In this document: positions 49,136-60,873 of the stretch, piece after piece
Layout: each line of letters begins with the position of its first letter
How positions within the stretch are numbered: the first letter of the stretch is position 1
Origin: Antedon mediterranea
Lineage: Eukaryota; Animalia; Echinodermata
NCBI RefSeq assembly: GCF_964355755.1
Contig: NC_092679.1
Coordinates: 4,866,201 to 4,930,200 of the forward strand
Length of the DNA stretch: 64,000 nt
Direction: 5' to 3'
Translations under genes and position numbers: made by a program
The notes under the pieces: model-generated
Told to the model about the DNA's origin: nothing
Databases searched by the model: none
What the model saw: only the letters and a program-made list of their open reading frames with translations

Positions 49136-50630
49136 ATGGCAGCCGCACTCGGTGCAGTCAAATCGTTGTCATCAATCACACCAGATGAGGGCAACCAGCT
49201 GTTAGAGTTCGACTCAGCGATTGTCATGATACAGTCACGGCTGCCTGTGCTACTAGCATTACTTGCTATACTACGAGATACGTTTGGTAAATATTAAATC
49301 GAGAATATACAATACTGACACTATACCACTACCTTGGTGCATCCTGGTCACTTAGTTAGCAAAACTAGGCTATAATGGAAAGTGGACTTAGTTTAGGAAC
49401 TTTGTAATCTGTGAGATTGAGCGTTGTCTAAAGCTCTGTCTACAGGCTATCAAACTGTATGTGACAACAAAATGTGATGTGGCCATATGGACATGATGTC
49501 ATATCACTACCATATTTGGGCATATCACTATACCATATTTAGGCACACTTTAAAAAAAAAAGAGTTTACAAGCGAGAGAATTCGGATGATTTATCGCGTA
49601 CTCATATTACACGTCCTTGCGTTGCGCCAAATCGCGTCGTATTAGTTTAGTTTAGTTTAAATGGGTAATGATAACGTCATTGCGTTGCGCAATGGGAACC
49701 AAGCTTTTATGAAAGAGTGACTGTATTTCTTTGTTTTTCATAGGTGACTCTGGTACCAAATGCTACCCACCCGAATACGTCAGTAACACAGAGAGTGTGA
49801 AGTATATCAACGCATACTGTACTTACAGAGAGAACGACGATCTCATCGGCTATCACGAATTCGTACCCTTCTCGTTCACTTTACAGGCTGTTTTAATACA
49901 GATTCCTATACTTATATGGATCGCTTGTGGCGGTAGAAAAATATCAATGGTGGCTATGTGGTTTGCTAAATGTTGTAGAGAGATTTGTTCAGAAGCCGAA
50001 TTCCCGATCAAGTCTGACACCGTCGCCGATGAAGACGACGGCGGGGCAAATAGCAATGATCGTAGAAACTGGCCTAAAGTACATTCAATCATGCAATGTT
50101 ACATAAACGAATGGTCCGTGTCTCGTACATATGTTTTAGCGTATTTTTTATGTAAGGTCCTACTTTGCTGCGCGACGTGCGCGTCTCTGACTTACCACTA
50201 CCTGTTACTACGAGTCACCATTGAGCCTTATTTTCTTAACAACGAATTTTCTTGTGACGTAGAAGACTTGAATACAACTATAAACTGTATCAAACCGTAC
50301 GAAATATTCAACCAGATTTTGATTATCATTGATCTTGTTCTGTGCCTTGCCCTACCACTGGCCGTGATCATTTTAAGAGAATCTCGGTTGCTTTTAACCA
50401 TGTTCTGCGGATGGCAAAAGAGCATCTCAGATTTTATACCTTTCTTAGAGATTCCAAAAGGAGCATTAAGATTTAATAATACAAATATACTGGCAATGTA
50501 CTACAAAGAAAATATTGGCTTAGACGAGAAATACGTTCAGAAGATATTAGTACCGTGGAAAACGTCAGTGGCAAAGACTAATGAAGTTTGTTTGAACGAA
50601 CTTTGTACTACTGAGAAAACGTGTTTTTGA
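49136..50630 (+). CDS. Pannexin/innexin-superfamily large-pore channel, paralog A (~345 aa)
   Basis: Coding exons 49136-49286 (MAAALGAVK...LEFDSAIVMIQSRLPVLLALLAILRDTFG) and 49744-50630. Four TMs; EL1 C-YPP...YINAY-C; HEFVPF...IPILIW (compare PANX1 HKFFPY...LPPLFW); EL2 EFSC...CIKPYEIFNQIL; no LRR domain. Confidence 0.88.
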
Positions 50631-50864
50631 TAATCACCATGCCATTGGCTGGTCCCGGCTCAAGTTTTAACAACTGGTCAACTGTACCTCAATAGTACTT
50701 TAAGTAAAACGCAATAATATTCCACCTGACGTGCATTACCGCAATCACATAAAATGAAAAAGAAGCACTATAATAACATATGACGTCCATTGGCGGTTTA
50801 AATATCGACATGACCGCGCTGAGCATAATATTTACGGATGAATTTTGATAGTTGTGTATGTTAA

Positions 50865-51383
50865 AGATGTATTGTCCCTTGAAACACAAAAAACGAAGGT
50901 CAAGATATTCTAAATTTAAATTGGCCATATCAAAGTAATACTAAAGTTATTCACTTTAAGTCGAAAATTCGAGCCAAAAAACAAACATTTTACGTAATTA
51001 ACAGCTAAATTAATTTGATTACACTGTCTGGAAAATCGTCGCAAGCGAAAGTAAACAAAGATTTCAAACCATGAGTATACATTATGCATGATGCTAATTA
51101 GGATTGTTTACAACTCGTCACGGTTGAGAAGGTGTTTTCACACAGATCGCGAGGAAGTTTTATGATTATGCATACAGAGTAGCTAAATAAGCGCGTTGCA
51201 TTATGAGATACGTTTTGACTGGAAGTCAAATTATTTTTTGAACCAAAAAACGTCTGTATTTTAGTTAGATGATTTTTTTTTCGACTAATTTTTGGTGAAA
51301 GTTAATAACTATTATGATACTTCAAAATGACCCACTTTTTTTTCGATTTTTTTTTTTTAATTTGACAAAGGGACAATACATCT
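50865..51383. mobile_element. Kolobok-like MITE
   Basis: Perfect TIR agatgtattgtccctt / aagggacaatacatct with TTAA on both sides. Confidence 0.8.
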
Positions 51384-52370
51384 TTAATATAACCTCATCT
51401 AATAATGTGTGGTATTTGTATATAGTATTTCGATTAAGCAACACATGTATTCGATACCTATTTAATGAAGACATGTTTTGCAAATACATTTTCATTCTAA
51501 TAAACCAGTATATGTGAATATTTATTGGGTTGAGACTGCCTCAGGTTAGTCCAGTGTGATCTAGACGTATTTACAGGGCCTTTATATCAAGTTCTAGTTG
51601 TATTAAGTAATCCGAATAAATATAAAGCACAAAATTAATCAGATGACGTTTTAATGTGTTATCATTCAGTGTGAAATTGGTTTAAATAGTACTGTTATCT
51701 CGGCCATCCAGGGTAGGCCTGGAGTACAACAATTGATGTGCGACACAATACACAATACGGTAGTAATAAATACAATACTTTAAAAATAACAGATTCGTTC
51801 GTTTCAATTACGATCATGAATACATTTGGCATAATATTGTAGCGTCTCACATTCTGTGCGCGCTAGGGCTTAACTTAAAAATAATTATATATTCTAATAG
51901 AAATCCAAAGAAATACCACTGAATATATGTAACAATTAAATTGATATAAATAGATCTATACATTTTGTTTAGATACCGTATCGGCATTTTTGACTGTAAA
52001 ATAGAAAAATATCATGAAATGCACTTTTTCAATATGTTCACACGGTGGACTGTTTTGAGGAAGTAAAATAAATGCTTATTCTGCCACCGTATTTAGCAGT
52101 TGCTGCGACTAAAAATTGTTTCGTGACATTTTACAACAGAAAATAATATAATATTGTATTTCACGGTCTCCTCTCAAAGTTAATTGAGTGTTTTACGGTA
52201 AGTTTTAAGCCATCTATACAGGATAGTGTATTGTGCCTATTTATATATATTTTGTTAGAGGTTCGAAAGAAAGCTCTATTGATCAAGAACTCATTTTGTT
52301 AGTATAGGCAAACACTTTGTATAGTTTTTAAAATTGATATTTGTTATTATTATATTTTATAATCTTTAAT

Positions 52371-52950
52371 TAGTATAGGCAAACACTTTGTATAGTTTTT
52401 AGTATAGGCAAACACTTTGTATAGTTTTTAGTATAGGCAAACACTTTGTATAGTTTTTAGTATAGGCAAACACTTTGTATAGTTTTTAGTATAGGCAAAC
52501 ACTTTGTATAGTTTTTAGTATAGGCAAACACTTTGTATAGTTTTTAGTATAGGCAAACACTTTGTATAGTTTTTAGTATAGGCAAACACTTTGTATAGTT
52601 TTTAGTATAGGCAAACACTTTGTATAGTTTTTAGTATAGGCAAACACTTTGTATAGTTTTTAGTATAGGCAAACACTTTGTATAGTTTTTAGTATAGGCA
52701 AACACTTTGTATAGTTTTTAGTATAGGCAAACACTTTGTATAGCTTTTAGTATAGGCAAACACTTTGTATAGTTTTTAGTATAGGCAAACACTTTGTATA
52801 GTTTTTAGTATAGGCAAACACTTTGTATAGTTTTTAGTATAGGCAAACACTTTGTATAGTTTTTAGTATAGGCAAACACTTTGTATAGTTTTTAGTATAG
52901 GCAAACACTTTGTATAGTTTTTAGTATAGGCAAACACTTTGTATAGTTTT
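52371..52950. repeat. 29-bp minisatellite, 20 near-perfect copies
   Basis: (tagtataggcaaacactttgtatagtttt)n; one isolated copy at 52300-52328. Confidence 0.97.
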
Positions 52951-53122
52951 TAAAATTGATTTTTTTTATATCTTTACTTTGTAACCTATATTAATACTTT
53001 TTTAAAAATCCAATTGAAAATGTTTAGTAACTGAATCAAATATATTATTTGTTTATTATTATGTTGCTAATTATGGATTTTTTTTTACAAACTTAGACCT
53101 AATTGCATTTCAAATACGGACG

Positions 53123-54437
53123 ATGTCAGACACAATTGCTGAAATCACATCGTTGTCTTCGCTTATTGCATATGAAGGACACCGACTTCTACGGTTTGAC
53201 TCGGTGATTCTTATGTTACAAACACGGCTGCCTTTACTACTGGCTGCATTGGCTTTGATACGTGACACGTTTGGTAAATATAACTAAATATCTATAACAT
53301 TCTCGCACTACCGTATACTGCATGCTTATTGTTTTTCAGTTCTTCGTGTACATAATTCTATGAAAATGATTTTATTTGTGTCCCTTTCTTTTCTTAGGTG
53401 AAATGTCGATTACGAATTGTTACGCACCCGATTTCACTGGAACAGAGAATAAAGCCTTTGTTAACGCATATTGCAAGTACAGGGAAAACCTAGGGCTACT
53501 CGGATACCACGAATTCATACCGTTCACCTTCACCCTCCAAACTGTTTTGATACAGGTTCCCGTACTTACCTGGATTTTTCTTGGTGGTAGAAAAATGTCA
53601 ATGGTGGCTGAGTGGTTTTCCAAATGCTGTAAAGAAGTTTGCTCAAAAGAAAAAAAATGCCCAGCATCGACAAGTAAAAATGACAAGCCTACTCGAGAAC
53701 CTCATTCAATAATGCAAAGTTACATAAAAAGATGGTCTAAATCATGCACGTATGTTATAACTTATTTCGTCTATAAGTTTTTCCTTTGCATTGTAACAGG
53801 TTTGTCTCTGTATTATCATTGTCATATGGTCAAAGTCACAATTGAGCCAAATTTCTTCAACCACGAATTTGAATGTTACGTAGAAACCGTAAATAAGACG
53901 GTTACCTGCGTCAAACCGTACGAAATATTCAACCAGATATTAATTATCATTAACATTGTGATATGCCTTGCAATACCACTTTTTCTAATAATTGTTCATG
54001 AATGTAATGTGCTTTTTAAAATGTCCCGTGAAAATCAGAACATTTCGAATTTCTTACCTTGCCTTGCCTTGCCAAATAAACCAAAATTGTTTAATAATAC
54101 GAAAATACTCTTAATGTACTACGAAAGAAATATCGATCTGGATGAGAAATACGTTCAGAAGATAATAGGGTATAAACAAATTAATGGGCAGGAAGAAACT
54201 AATGGGCAGGAAGGAACTACTGGGCAGGACGAAACGAAAGGGCAGGACGAAACGAAAGGGCAGGACGAAACGAAAGGACAGGACGAAACTAAAGGACAGG
54301 ACGAAACTAATGGACAGGACGAAACGAAAGGGCAGGACGAAACTAATGGGCAGGACGAAATGACAGGGCAGGACGGAACTAATGGGCAGAAAGAAAATGA
54401 ACGTCTACTTTCTTTTTGTTGTACGATCAATACATAA
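53123..54437 (+). CDS. Pannexin/innexin-superfamily channel, paralog B (~396 aa) with C-terminal hexapeptide repeats
   Basis: Coding exons 53123-53273 (MSDTIAEI...LQTRLPLLLAALALIRDTFG) and 53398-54437; same four-Cys pattern and motifs as paralog A; (GQDET[K/N])n tail. Confidence 0.88.
54185..54390 (+). repeat. 18-bp coding tandem repeat, ~11 copies, GQDET(K/N)
   Basis: (gggcaggacgaaacgaaa / ggacaggacgaaactaat)n, in frame in paralog B. Confidence 0.95.
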
Positions 54438-54864
54438 CCCAACTACCTTGTGGTTTCCGCTGGTCAAACACTATTTTTTGTTGTATAATCTTACTCATTT
54501 TAACTTGGATCTTGATTGTAATTGACAAAACTCCAGCATAATCATGAAGCTAAGTTTACTGTAAAACATGGGTAGTTGCTAAAAGCAAGCGACATCCGTC
54601 TTGTAATTAGTGTTGAATGTTAGAATGATTTCTATTACCGTATTTATCCTGATTCATTATAAGTATAAGCAGTTGTAGTGATTATTTACACACGTCATTC
54701 GGTTTTAGAATTAGATTAAGTGTATTACATAGAATTAGACAAATATATAAACTTTTCAAACAGGACAGGCGTGAATAAGAACATTTTTACTTGACGTCTC
54801 TGAGGCAGAAATCATGAATAATTCATGAGATTAATTAGGCAAAAGTTAGAAAATGATAGAGGCA

Positions 54865-54907
54865 CTATAATAATAATAATAATAACAATAATAATAATAA
54901 CACTAAC

Positions 54908-54963
<56 letters not shown>

Positions 54964-55835
54964 GATTTTTATAGCGCACATACCACTCCAGAGTGCTCAA
55001 GGCGCATTTAAAAATAAAAAGAAATAAATCATACAAATTCCTGACAAATAAAATGCAATTTCTTTGGAGGGTCCCCATCCGTTGTCGTTCTGTCGCGGTC
55101 CCGGACCCCTACCTAGGTGACCAAACAAAGGAGCAGGATACACATTTGCCTTGCCACAGACGACCGGGTGCTCAGAGACAACAACCAAGACAGAGGCACC
55201 CCAAAGATAATGCTGGCCAGGAAAAGGTATACAAAACAATTCTAAGCCTAAAAAACTTTAAGAAACCTCATGATTTCCATATGCCTTAATGAATAAATGT
55301 GTTTTTAATAATTGTTTAAAAGTATCAGTTTTGCAAAATCTTATAGAGCTCGGTAGAGCATTCCACAGACGAGGAGCAGTAACGGAGAATGCTCTGTCAC
55401 CCCATGAGTGGTGAGACTTAGGCTGATGTAGAAGCAGCGAGTCACTAGAACGCAGATTACGTCCGGGAACATACAGCCTAAGCATGTCAGAAATATATTC
55501 AGGAGCCATGCCATTTATAGACTTAAAAACAAAGAGTAATATTTTAAAAACAATGCGGTACCTAACAGGGAGCCAATGAAATATTTCCAAAGTATTTGAT
55601 ATGTGTCCATAGCTGTATTTTGAATCAGTTGGAGCCTGTGGAGTTGTTTTTGTGGTAGCCCGTATAGCAAAGAGTTTCCCATATCCAGTCGTGAAGTGAC
55701 AAAAGCATGAACAAGTTGTTAGCTGCTGTCTCATTTATAAACTTGCGGATCCTTCGAATGTTTCGCAAGTGAAAAGACGACGCAGAAATAGTTTTTGAGA
55801 TATGAGAAATCATAGTCATACCCACATCCATTTCA
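54865..55835 (-). mobile_element. L2/Crack-type LINE 3' fragment, frameshifted
   Basis: Minus-strand ORFs with [44 protein letters not shown] and FKQLLKTHLF; L2-type 3' end gcgccttgag...gcgctataaaaat followed by an (ATT)n tail (54865-54962). Confidence 0.9.
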
Positions 55836-57657
55836 ACCCCAACCCCCTATTATAATAAATAGCTTCCCGTTTATTTTAGAACTGTAGTAGGTGTGTTATA
55901 AAACAAATAATGAATATGTTGTATTCGTTGAATGGAGAGAATAATTTAACTCGGCTCAAATGACATATTCTCACCATTTAAGTCATAAACATTCATTGTT
56001 TGTATAATAAGTTTAAATATTGCCGTGAATCAAATATATATTTCTTTGAATTATTCATTGCTGACATTATGTTATATTATTGACGATGTCACACAATGTA
56101 ATCATTTTTCCATTTTATACTACTATTTTAAGCCAAGAGGTTGGATCAGATATAGATCTGCTTGTATAGCCTAGAGAATATTGGTGAAGGGTGTTTAAGG
56201 ATGAGATGGTTTTGATTTGGATTATTGTAAGGGATTAACGGAGATTTCTTGATTGTAGGCTGTTATTAAATTGTTGCAAAAAATACCGTAATGGTTTAAT
56301 TTGTTTGGTTTTTATTGCACGTGTTACGTTTAAGCCTATACATCATTAGAATGTTTTCACCGTGCATATTGTGTGGAGCCACCTTGAAATACCTTGAATA
56401 AATCCCTTTTATGCCTAAACATGGCACGCTGCACAGTTGATGCCAATAGTAATAACCGCCACTTTCGGTTAAAAAAATCGTACTGAAAATGACGGGCGCA
56501 CGATGAAGATACGATTAAGATAACTTTACGAATTATTGCGACAGGTAAGACGTTTGCTACGATATATTACGACTGTACTTTGATTTCATTACGGCTTCAA
56601 TACGATTTTGTCAAGAAGCTTGATCATCTGTGAATGTTAACAACCATTGCCAAATCGTTTCTGGACCGAATTGTTCAAAAACTTTTTCGAAAACATTGAC
56701 GTAAACAAACTTTAATTGGAAATAATGTGAATTCAATAGGTGTGCGTTTTCCCCATGGCCTTATATGTACTTATTCATCGACAGCATTATGACTTGCCGT
56801 AGTGATTATCAACATTGTAATATTTCAAAACCAGCTTCCAATGTTTGAACAATTGAGTAATGCATACGGATTAGGTATAAAGACCATGGAGTATTTTAGG
56901 TTTAGTAATAATTCACCCGATAATTCACATACATTGTTGATCTTTCCGAATTCATTTACATTTGTTATTTGGGATTCTCGTCGTCATAGGACTGTGATTG
57001 TGCTCGTTAGGCTACTCTCTGTTATACATAATTCATTTATAGAATGATGGAATGAATAACGATATAAAAACGTTTATTGCTGGTGATTTCAATCATTTTG
57101 TTATAATAAAGTGGCAAGATCTAAATGTATGGAAATAAATTAGACCCTAATGGGTGGTCATATAGATTCACTAGACATGTTACAACTAACTGGGGAGAGG
57201 GGGAGAAAGAGAAAATAATAATCTTCTTCTATTTGGACCAATGACCCTGCAGGGATTGGTATCTAATCTTTTTTCACCAAGCTAATTAACTTCTCTCCAC
57301 TTGTTGATATGATATCGAAAGCTACGTAAAATTCCAGTGTTGTATAATTCAACATAACACGTAGGCCAGTAACGTTATCTCGATCGGAGACATTCAAGTG
57401 GAATTTGTTTGCGATGAACTAGTCTGTTTCCACAAAATACAGAGAATTCCCTGATTAAAAAGACCTGGATGATATTCAAAGTTTAATAATTAATTTTATG
57501 CATTATAATTGTCCTTGTGTTATCTATGTCTATGTTTATATCTATGTTTAGTTCGACATAAACGACATTCTTTCCAATACTCTAGTTTATAGTGGTTCCT
57601 AAGGAAAGTGAGAGCAGACATTTGTTATAGTCTTTAGGCCTACTAGTTACTAGCACG

Positions 57658-59954
57658 ATGGTCAGCGGCGCATTTGAAACAATTACCGCATTCTCATCAA
57701 TTACTCCAGTTTCAGGAGAGCATCTTTTAGAGTTTGATTCAGCCATTCTTAGGCTGCAGACACGACTGCCTCTACTTCTAGCGTTATTGGCTTTACTACG
57801 GACTACATTTGGTAAATATGACAATTACATTATATCAGGGCTATAATTATGCTATGTTACCTGTTACATACGTTTTTAGTTCATTGTTTTTAAAATGGAG
57901 AAATGTTTTTCCTGACCAAATGCAGACCTCCAGACTCTCCCGATTTCATGTCATCTGCTGCTCTATCCCGCTAAAATACAATTTCTTCCGATATTTTGGT
58001 TAAACAGAGAAAATATCTCAATAATGTATAAACATTAATTTATAATTTTGCTCATTTTTCGAAAAAAAAATGCCTGTACTATCCTCTAGATAGATAAGAG
58101 ATTTGAAAAAAATACTATAGGTGGTCTACCGGTCCATAAGATGGTTATAATAAAATTCATGCGTTGATTACGAAATACAGAGATTTTTCGCATTTTGGCA
58201 CGCCATGACATACCTATGTTTATAGATGCAAATATCTAACATGAGGAGTCGTGATTAATTCTGAGTGTTTGATATACATACATCATAAGTAGGGTTAAAC
58301 AGTTTACATTCTTCACTGGATTTCATGACAAAAGTTCATAAAAAAGTTATCCGTTATTTTTCCAGTACTCTTTTAAGCTTGGTTCACACTATATGACGCA
58401 ATGTAAGGAGGGAGACGCACCGTATCGGCGCCGCGCGCAACAGTGATAATTAAACTTCTCGTAAGATGAGAATGCGAAATTGACAGAAGATAATTCTATT
58501 ACGCTCTGCGTCGTCCAGGCGTTAAACGTTTTGCTGCGCCATTTTGGATGTTTTTTAAGTGAGTGACATTAATAAAAGGCACAATAAACATTGCGAATTC
58601 AGCCCGGAGATTGAGATTTCATACATAACTTCAGATTTTTTATTATTTTTTTTTTATTATTGATCATCATACGTGTATAGTTATAATACATAATATAATA
58701 CTCTAACCAAATAGATATTGATGTGAACCAAATAGATATTGATGTGAACCAAATAGATATTGATGTGAACCAAATAGATATTGATGTGAACCAACTAGAT
58801 ATTGATGTGAACCAAATAGATATTGATATGAACCAAATAGATATTGATATGAACCATATAGATATTGTTGTGACCAAATAGATATTGATGTGACCAAATA
58901 GATATTGATGTGATGCAAATATCTAACATGAGGAGTCGTGATTAATTCTGAGTGTTTGATATACATACGTCATAAGTAGGGTTAAACAGTTTACATTCTT
59001 CACTGGATTTCATGACGTACAAAAAACAACAAACATCATATTATTACAAGACTTCCTTTATATCACTTAGGTGGCACGGGCATATCATGTTACGCACCTG
59101 ATCTTAACGCCGAGAGTGTAAACTTTATCAATGGATATTGCCGGTACAACGAAAACCAAGGTGCATTAGCTGGATTTCACGAATTCATACCATTTACATT
59201 CATCCTTCAAACTATTTTACTGCAAGTCCCCGCACATGTCTGGATTTCCATTGGTGGCAAAAAAGTGTCAATGGTGGCTAAGTGTTTCGTCAAATGCTGT
59301 AAAGATAGCTGCTCAGAAGCTAAATGCCTCCCAAATCCTGACAGAAATTGGAATGGAGATAGTTGCTCTTTAAAAGATCTATCACACCCTACCACCAGCG
59401 CTGAAGTACAAGATTGTAGTAACTGGCCTAAATTCCATGAGGTAATGCAATATTATATAGACCAGTGGTCTAAATCGTCGAAATATTTAAACCGTTATCG
59501 CAACTGTAAATTAGGACTTTATGCTGTGACAATAATTATAATGGTTTGTTATTTTACTGTTACATTTGTGACAGTCGGATCAGATTTTTTTAACTACGAA
59601 TTCGAATGCTATGTAGAAGCGTTAAATTTTACGTCTATCTGCGTTAAACCTTATGAAATATTTAACGAGATTTTACTTATTACTAATATAGGAATATGTC
59701 TTTTATTACCACTGGTAATTATGATTGCTCGAGATATTTATTTGTGTGTCACAATCAAGTTTGGAAAGAAGCAAAAAAATATCACAGATTTTATACCTTG
59801 CATACGAATTCCAAACGAATCTAAAAGTCCTAATGATACAACTATGATTGTGATCTACTACCAAGAAAAGATTGGTCTAGACGAGAAATACGTTCAGAAG
59901 GTTTTAGTACCGTATAACGATAAGATAAAAACAGGCTTAAGCTCTATAACCTAA
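57658..59954 (+). CDS. Pannexin/innexin-superfamily channel, paralog C (~345 aa)
   Basis: Coding exons 57658-57811 (MVSGAFET...LQTRLPLLLALLALLRTTFG) and 59071-59954 (GTGISCYAPDLNAESVNFINGYC...FHEFIPF...EFECYV...CVKPYEIFNEIL...LDEKYVQK). Confidence 0.88.
58705..58911. repeat. 21-bp minisatellite, ~10 copies, within the duplicated segment
   Basis: (aaccaaatagatattgatgtg)n. Confidence 0.95.
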
Positions 59955-60394
59955 AGTCTACAATATAATAATATAATAATTATATAGTTGGAAAGTTTTT
60001 CCGTGGCGATTTAAAGTTTTGCAGTGACATTTTCAAACTCATTAAAAAAAGTTATCCGTTATTTTTCCAGTACTCTTTTAAGCTTGGTTCACACTATATG
60101 ACGCAATGTAAGGAGGGAGACGCACCGTATCGGCGCCGCGCGCAACAGTGATAATTAAACTTCTCGTAAGATGAGAATGCGAAATTGATAGAAGATAATT
60201 CTATTACGCTCTGCGTCGTCCAGGCGTTAAACGTTTTGCTGTGCCATTTTGGATGTTTTTTAAGTGAGTGACATTAATAAAAGGCACAATAAACATTGCG
60301 AATTCAGCCCGGAGATTGAGATTTCATACATACTTCAGATTTTTTATTATTGATCATCATACGTGTATAGTTATAATACATAATATAATACTCT

Positions 60395-60873
60395 AACCAA
60401 ATAGATATTGATGTGAACCAAATAGATATTGATGTGAACCAAATAGATATTGATGTGAACCAAATAGATATTGATGTGAACCAAATAGATATTGATGTGA
60501 ACCAAATAGATATTGATGTGAACCAAATAGATATTGATGTGAACCAAATAGATATTAATGTGAACCAAATAGATATTGATGTGAACCAAATAGATATCGA
60601 TGTGAACCAAATAGATATTGATATGAACCAAATAGATATTGATGTGAACCAAATAGATATTAATGTGAACCAAATAGATATTGATGTGAACCAAATAGAT
60701 ATTGATGTGAACCAAATAGATATTGATCTGAACCAAATAGATATTGATATGAACCAAATAGATATTGATGTGAACCAAATAGATATTGATCTGAACCAAA
60801 TAGATATTGATATGAACCATATAGATATTGATGTGAACCAAATAGATATTGATGTGAACCAAATAGATATTGA
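60395..60873. repeat. 21-bp minisatellite, ~23 copies
   Basis: (aaccaaatagatattgatgtg)n, preceded by the same ~350-bp unique segment as the array at 58705. Confidence 0.95.

Noticed and set aside
52371-52950. CRISPR-like appearance of 20-66-bp repeat arrays (also at 22598, 26310 and 46857)
   Set aside because: Units are head-to-tail with no unique spacers, there are no cas genes, and the context is eukaryotic.
54185-54390. Caspase-cleavage array in the paralog B tail, by analogy with PANX1
   Set aside because: The repeats do not form DxxD sites.
49136-59954. LRRC8 or connexin identity for the 4TM genes
   Set aside because: There is no leucine-rich repeat domain before the stop codons, and each extracellular loop has two rather than three cysteines.
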